From an uncultured Candidatus Saccharibacteria bacterium (lineage in GTDB: Bacteria > Patescibacteriota > Doudnabacteria > UBA920), in NCBI GenBank assembly GCA_964532425.1, contig CAZHIA010000003.1:117365-181364 (forward strand): a stretch of DNA of 64,000 nucleotides. Reading direction: 5' to 3'. This document shows positions 63,559-64,000 of the stretch, one piece after another. The notes under the pieces were generated by a model. That model was given only the letters and a program-made list of their open reading frames with translations. It did no database searches and was not told where the DNA came from. The position numbers and the translations under genes were made by a program. How positions within the stretch are numbered: the stretch's first letter is position 1; each line of letters starts with the position of its first letter.

Positions 63559-63976
63559 AATTGTTGTTCTGTGATATCAAATCCTTCCAATGTTCAATAT
63601 ACTGTCGCTCTTTATTTTCGTATTCTTCCCGAGAACTGAGCGGGATATGCAACATCTGCATCCGCTGTTTCAGCTCTGCCATAGCCAGTTGTCGGTCGCG
63701 TTCATCCGCCATTTTTTCCAGTTGGACAATATAGCCGCAACCTTTGAGGAAATCCAGAGTGACCCCAATCCCATTCCAAATAAAAACATTCCTGACCCTG
63801 TGCCATTTGACGCGGACCGGATACCCCAGAGACACAAACAACTCGATCATTTTGTTGAAATCAGCCAATCCGAATTTTATTTCAGCGCCATCGGTAACCA
63901 ACAGTGCTTGCGAAGTATTGCGCTGTATGGATATCCGGCTCGGCGCCTCAAGCTGCACAATCTCCTGCCGGTCCAC
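63557..63976 (-). CDS. CYTH-like domain protein. The start is uncertain because the ORF is open toward the window edge.
   Basis: C-terminal block GIGVTLDFLKGCGYIVQLEKM resembles the CYTH C-terminus (cf. VTVGIDTWPKVPTYVELE in 2529-3092). Confidence 0.45.
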   Translation of the reverse strand: MDRQEIVQLEAPSRISIQRNTSQALLVTDGAEIKFGLADFNKMIELFVSLGYPVRVKWHRVRNVFIWNGIGVTLDFLKGCGYIVQLEKMADERDRQLAMAELKQRMQMLHIPLSSREEYENKERQYIEHWKDLISQNNN

Positions 63977-64000
63977 GCTTAAAAATTTGGCATATCGCTT

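Overview
This is a 64-kb bacterial chromosomal window at about 50% GC, with mostly short intergenic spacers, strong AAGGAGG-type Shine-Dalgarno sites and many Rho-independent terminator hairpins. Housekeeping genes I can support from motifs include rplJ-rplL, tRNA-Gln(CUG), MnmA, HisRS, class-2 PyrD, soluble and membrane (H+-PPase) pyrophosphatases, an archaeal-type PEP carboxylase, a class-I aminotransferase, a PBP5-type D,D-carboxypeptidase, YbaB, an ECF sigma factor, a MarR regulator, an M23 peptidase, a type IV pilin, ApbE with an FMN-binding protein and an RnfD-like/FNR fusion, three Nudix hydrolases, two HD-domain proteins, a DHH/NrnA protein and two CYTH proteins. About half the ORFs are hypothetical. 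Four kinds of unexplained structure stand out. First, there are two compact operons of uncharacterised nucleotide-centric proteins near the tRNA-Gln: a nucleoside-2-deoxyribosyltransferase-like/Nudix-like fusion with a Cys4 protein (17.4-19.2 kb), and a pair of paralogous Zn-ribbon proteins followed by a LOG/SLOG-like Rossmann protein (23.6-26.8 kb). These are the best candidates for an undescribed system. Second, a REP-like palindrome family (GTAGGG-inner palindrome-CCCTAC) occurs with a RAYT (IS200-like Y1 transposase) gene, with copies lying in frame inside the RAYT gene and inside pyrD, and one at the 3' end of the H+-PPase gene next to a diverged duplicate of its last codons. Third, a family of intergenic elements is built from two mutually inverted arrays of 7-bp tandem repeats; one copy sits in frame inside mnmA. 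Fourth, the tRNA-Gln is inserted in the middle of a 60-bp sequence that exists uninterrupted 1.7 kb upstream, bracketing a low-GC segment. No CRISPR array, rRNA or integrase gene was seen.
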